Source: Azolla caroliniana (lineage: Eukaryota > Plantae > Polypodiophyta). From it: a DNA stretch of 64,000 nt. Positions 60,153 to 64,000 of the stretch are shown here, piece by piece. The position numbers and the translations under genes are program-made. Under the pieces are notes generated by a model. It was not told the origin of the DNA. It made no database searches and saw nothing but the letters and a program-made list of their open reading frames with translations. The DNA is taken from contig JBHGNT010000001.1 of NCBI GenBank assembly GCA_043228905.1, forward strand, positions 21,700,001 through 21,764,000. Direction: 5' to 3'. Within the stretch, counting starts at the first letter, position 1; each line of letters starts with the position of its first letter.

Positions 60153-61375
60153 TTAGAGCGGACAAGATGTGATGGAGTATCGGCTGAATAAGCCAGAGCC
60201 AGATCATAATCTGGAACCAAGAGCCGGATCAGTGTCTGCACGTTAACTTTTACATGGTATCAGAGTGTGAGGGTTGAGAATCCTCTGCTATAGACAAGAG
60301 TTGTAAGATAGACAAAACCTAATACCCGGTAAGAACAAACAAAAGAAGAAATGGATAGAAGCATGGCAAGCTCACTTCCAACGAAGAAGCTCAACAGAAG
60401 CAACTATGCATCTTGGTCCTACAAAATGCGCTAGTACCTGTTGGGGCTCTGCCACTGGAGTTATGTCAAAGGAGCAAACGAGGTAGTGTCAGAGTCGACA
60501 CAAAAGGACTTCCTGGTATGGGAACAAGCAGCAAGCAGAGTGTTGTACTGTCTCACATCCTGTGTTCACGACCAGATGCTCGGCGACATTAGAGACACGA
60601 AAATGCCAAAGGAGGCCTCGGAAAATCTCAAAAAGATTTTTTCCGCGAGTACCAGTACTCGGAAATTGCAGCTCTGGCAAGAGCTCAACAGTATCTGGCA
60701 AAGGGACATATTGGTTACCAACGACACCACAAAGATCAAGGAGATTCACGACACACTAGGGTTCATCAATATGATGGTGGACGAAGAGGAGATGATGCAG
60801 ATCTGCCTTGGTAGTCTTGCGCAGAGGTATGAACCAATCCGGACTACGATATGCACTCGAGAGAAGCCACCCTCCTTCTTTGACATGAAATCGATGCTGA
60901 TGGTCAAAGAAAACCACGTGAGTGGGTTGAGGACCACTCAATCGAACAACTAGATGTTGTACATGGAGACGGATCAGCCCCGTCGGCGTGGTGGACAAGG
61001 TGGATCGGCACACAACAGTGGCGACCGACAAGAGTAGGAAAGGAGGCAAAGAGGTGGTGCCAATAGCAGTTTCGAATCCTCCACAAGCACGGGGAGTCAA
61101 GGTGGCGCTGGAAACTGGCAAAGAAAGGCCGACACAAAATGTTGGTACTGTGACAAGAAAGGCTAGAGGGAGAGCGAGTGCTAGAAGAAGCACGCCAATT
61201 CGGACAAATCCAGATCCGATAAGGCTGGACAAGGGAGTCAGCAAAGCTCGCACTATGTCAAAGGATCAGAAGGATCTAGAACCAGAAAGACAAGAAAAGG
61301 GTCGGCCATTGTGATGAAGCACAAGGCAAATGCAATGAAGAAGACCACCTCATAATCGAATGAGGTGTGGTACGT
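60153..61375 (+). mobile_element. Copia (C-related) 5' part: deleted LTR, PBS, gag and start of protease
   Basis: PBS TGGTATCAGAG at 60255-60265 and gag at 60441-60953. The NEVWYV protease motif is interrupted by the Gypsy at 61376. Confidence 0.85.
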
Positions 61376-64000
61376 TGTCACGAAGATCCGTCACTACGTG
61401 CGGATCGTGAGGCGGAACCGTCGGGGTTCTAGATTGGAAGGATTCGAAGTTTGCACTAGCTTTAGTGAGAAAGTATTTAAGATAGATTGAAAGAGATTGA
61501 TATGAAGAAAGAGAGATATTGAGATAAAGATTGAACTTTTAACTTTTAGATTTAAGAGAGAAGATACATCAACAATAAGATTACAAGTTTCTTATTTTTC
61601 CCAAATTTTTCATTAGTCTAAATTTCCTTGATTCCTCCACTCTTTTATAGATGCCCCCATGCATATGGTGCATGTGAGGGTGCAAGACATGCACGTAATG
61701 CATGAAACGCATGCAATGCATGCTTGCCATGTCAACATCTAAGCTCTCATGTATGAGAATTTACATGTAAAAGTATAATGATAAAAATATAGCTTCTAAG
61801 GAAATGACTTGTCTCGCCGTGTCGCCGGATCCGTTCGGTTCCGGTCGGTCAAAACCTTTACAGGTACTTTAGGGGTCACGGTCTCGCCGGATCCGTCTGG
61901 TCGCCGTCTCGCCGGATCCGTCCGGTTCTGGTCAGCCAAAACCTTTACAAGTAGTTATGCCACACCCATTGATCCGGTTAGTTTAGCTCAAGTCAGCTTG
62001 AACATTCTATGATCCACTCATAGACACAAAGTAATAGATTTTGGCCCTGCTTATATACTGTGGGATCCTTATTTGTCGTATCTATGTGGGATATCTCGTA
62101 GTTTTGTTTTTTTCTCTTCTTCTTCGCAAACTTTATACCCACATAACTTGCCACTTAGTTGTTTGTTTCTTATGTGGTAAAGTGTATTCGAAAGTCCTTG
62201 AAGACCTTCATCTTTTTGTACCAAGATATTAAACTAGTATAAAATAGTATCTTCACTATTATTGTTTTATGTTGTGTGTGAAAAACCACACTCGATTTTG
62301 TACATTGCTCGCAATTTTCACACCATTTCCAAAAATCTTCACGACATCCACCCCCACCAAACCAGACGTCCTCCGATACGTGCCAAGAAGAGAGAGTGTG
62401 AGATTTTGGCTATGGTGATTAGTATGATTCTTTTTTTCTTTTCTTTTTTTGAGCATGTCCATTCCCTTCACTCGAACCATTATCGCCACCCAATCTACCA
62501 TACCATTCGCTCTTTCTTTGCTTTACCATGACTAGTTGTCACGTCCCCTTGTTCTCTTTCCGAACATAATTGTTTCGAGGCTTTATGCATGTTCCACATT
62601 TGTCCTGATCGTCTCCTTGCTCAAGGCACTTTGACTCGTCACAATTTTTGTTTTATGTTTTTCTCCGCAAGCCTTTATCAGAATAATGACATTGACTACC
62701 CCATGTAGTACCTTCAAGTGCATGCCCACTTTGAGATCCTTATGCAACCATGCTCTATGTTTCTCACTTTGTCCAGATTCATGATACAATCCCATGTTAG
62801 AGTTGAAAATCTTCACATTAGCATCTTTGCTAGATGTTTTGATCACATCCTTCGAATCCTGATGGCTTGCTTGGCCATCGTTATCCCTTGTCATTCTTTG
62901 CCCAGATTCTTTGTTGTACACATCAACTTTTGTCTGTATGCGATGCTTGACCTCTTCCTCCCACACATAAGCTTCAACCCTTGCTTCTTCGTCGTCACTG
63001 TGCTTCTCTTGGGTCTTACATTGGTTAATGCCCAAGTCTCCAGAACGAGTGTGGAGGGATCCATACATTTGCATCATCCGCCTTTTTCGTGTCGCACTTA
63101 CCCATTTCCATCTTAAAGTTGTTCAAATCAGCATTGACCTTTGCTTCCTCGCCACCAGTTTCTGTCTCTTGGGTCTTACCTCGGTTAATGCCTAAGTCTC
63201 TAGAACAATTGCGGGGAAAGGCTCTTCATGGCCATTCACCATCTTCGTCTTGACGTCATTTTCCATAGCTATCTCTTCAAACTCATGGGCCTCATACCCA
63301 TTGATCCTTTTTATTGAGCAATCCTTTATTAAGTTTCTCTCTTCATCGCATGTATTAGTTTCGACCTTCGGTTCTTCGCCATCACCTCCCGTCTTTTGGG
63401 TCTTACATCGGTTCTCAGACGCAATTGCCCAAGTCTCTGGAACAAGTGTGGAGAAAATTTGGCCGTCATCATTATCTGTATTATCTTGGTCCTTCTATTC
63501 CTTTTCGCCACCAACCATCTCGTGGGTCTCACATTGGTTCCCAGACGCAAGTGCCCAAGTCTCTAGATGAAGTGTTAGGAAAGTCTCCACATGACCATCT
63601 GCCATCGACTCAGCCATAGCCATCTCCGACTCGATGTTGTTTTTCGTGGCTATCTCTTCAATCTCATGGGCCTTGCACCCATTGACCCTCTTGATCTAAC
63701 AAGCTTCGATTATGCTTCTCTCTTTAGCTTCGACCTTTGGTTCTTCGCCATCACCTTCCGTCTCTTGGGTCTCAAGTTGGTTAGCGGACCCAACTGCCCA
63801 AGTCTTTCGAACAAGTGCGGAGAAAATCTGGCCATGGTCATTGTCGACGCTTATTATCTTGTTCATAGCCTCTTCCTCGATGTTGATTTTAGTGGCTAGA
63901 TCCTTCATCAAGTCGATCTCACACTCTTTATCTCCCTTAATGCAAGCTTAGTTTTGGCTTGCTCCTTCATCATCCGATGTTTCAAACATGATGCGCATCC
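61376..64000 (-). mobile_element. 3' LTR (61376-62346) and repeat-rich internal region of a Z-related, apparently non-autonomous Gypsy; runs off the window
   Basis: The LTR TGTCACGAAGAT...ATCTTCACGACA is homologous to the Z LTR and has the same PPT. The left flank is ACGT. About 90-bp modules are repeated at 62990-63835 where INT would be expected. Confidence 0.85.

Overview
This is eukaryotic land-plant nuclear DNA. An intronless mTERF gene, a PLS-class PPR fragment and the retroelement types suggest a fern-like or other non-angiosperm genome, which is an inference. About 90% of the window is nested retrotransposons. These include many Ty1/Copia elements (tRNA-Met PBS), four Ty3/Gypsy-type elements of one unusual group (tRNA-Trp PBS, TGTC...GACA ends, 4-bp CpG-centred TSDs), two APE-RT LINEs with microsatellite tails, and solo LTRs. 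One apparently intact host gene (mTERF, 40154-41152, minus) has a perfect 74-bp inverted repeat just upstream. The main unexplained signals are: (i) a tRNA-like Pol III A-box/B-box module pointing away from the TATA box in two unrelated LTR-type sequences; (ii) NCGN target sites for all four Trp-primed Gypsy insertions; (iii) a spacing-conserved ~119-bp palindromic module shared by a solo LTR and a LINE 5' end; (iv) a repeated peptide module replacing pol in two non-autonomous Gypsy elements; and (v) a chimeric LTR tandem array inside a single TSD.
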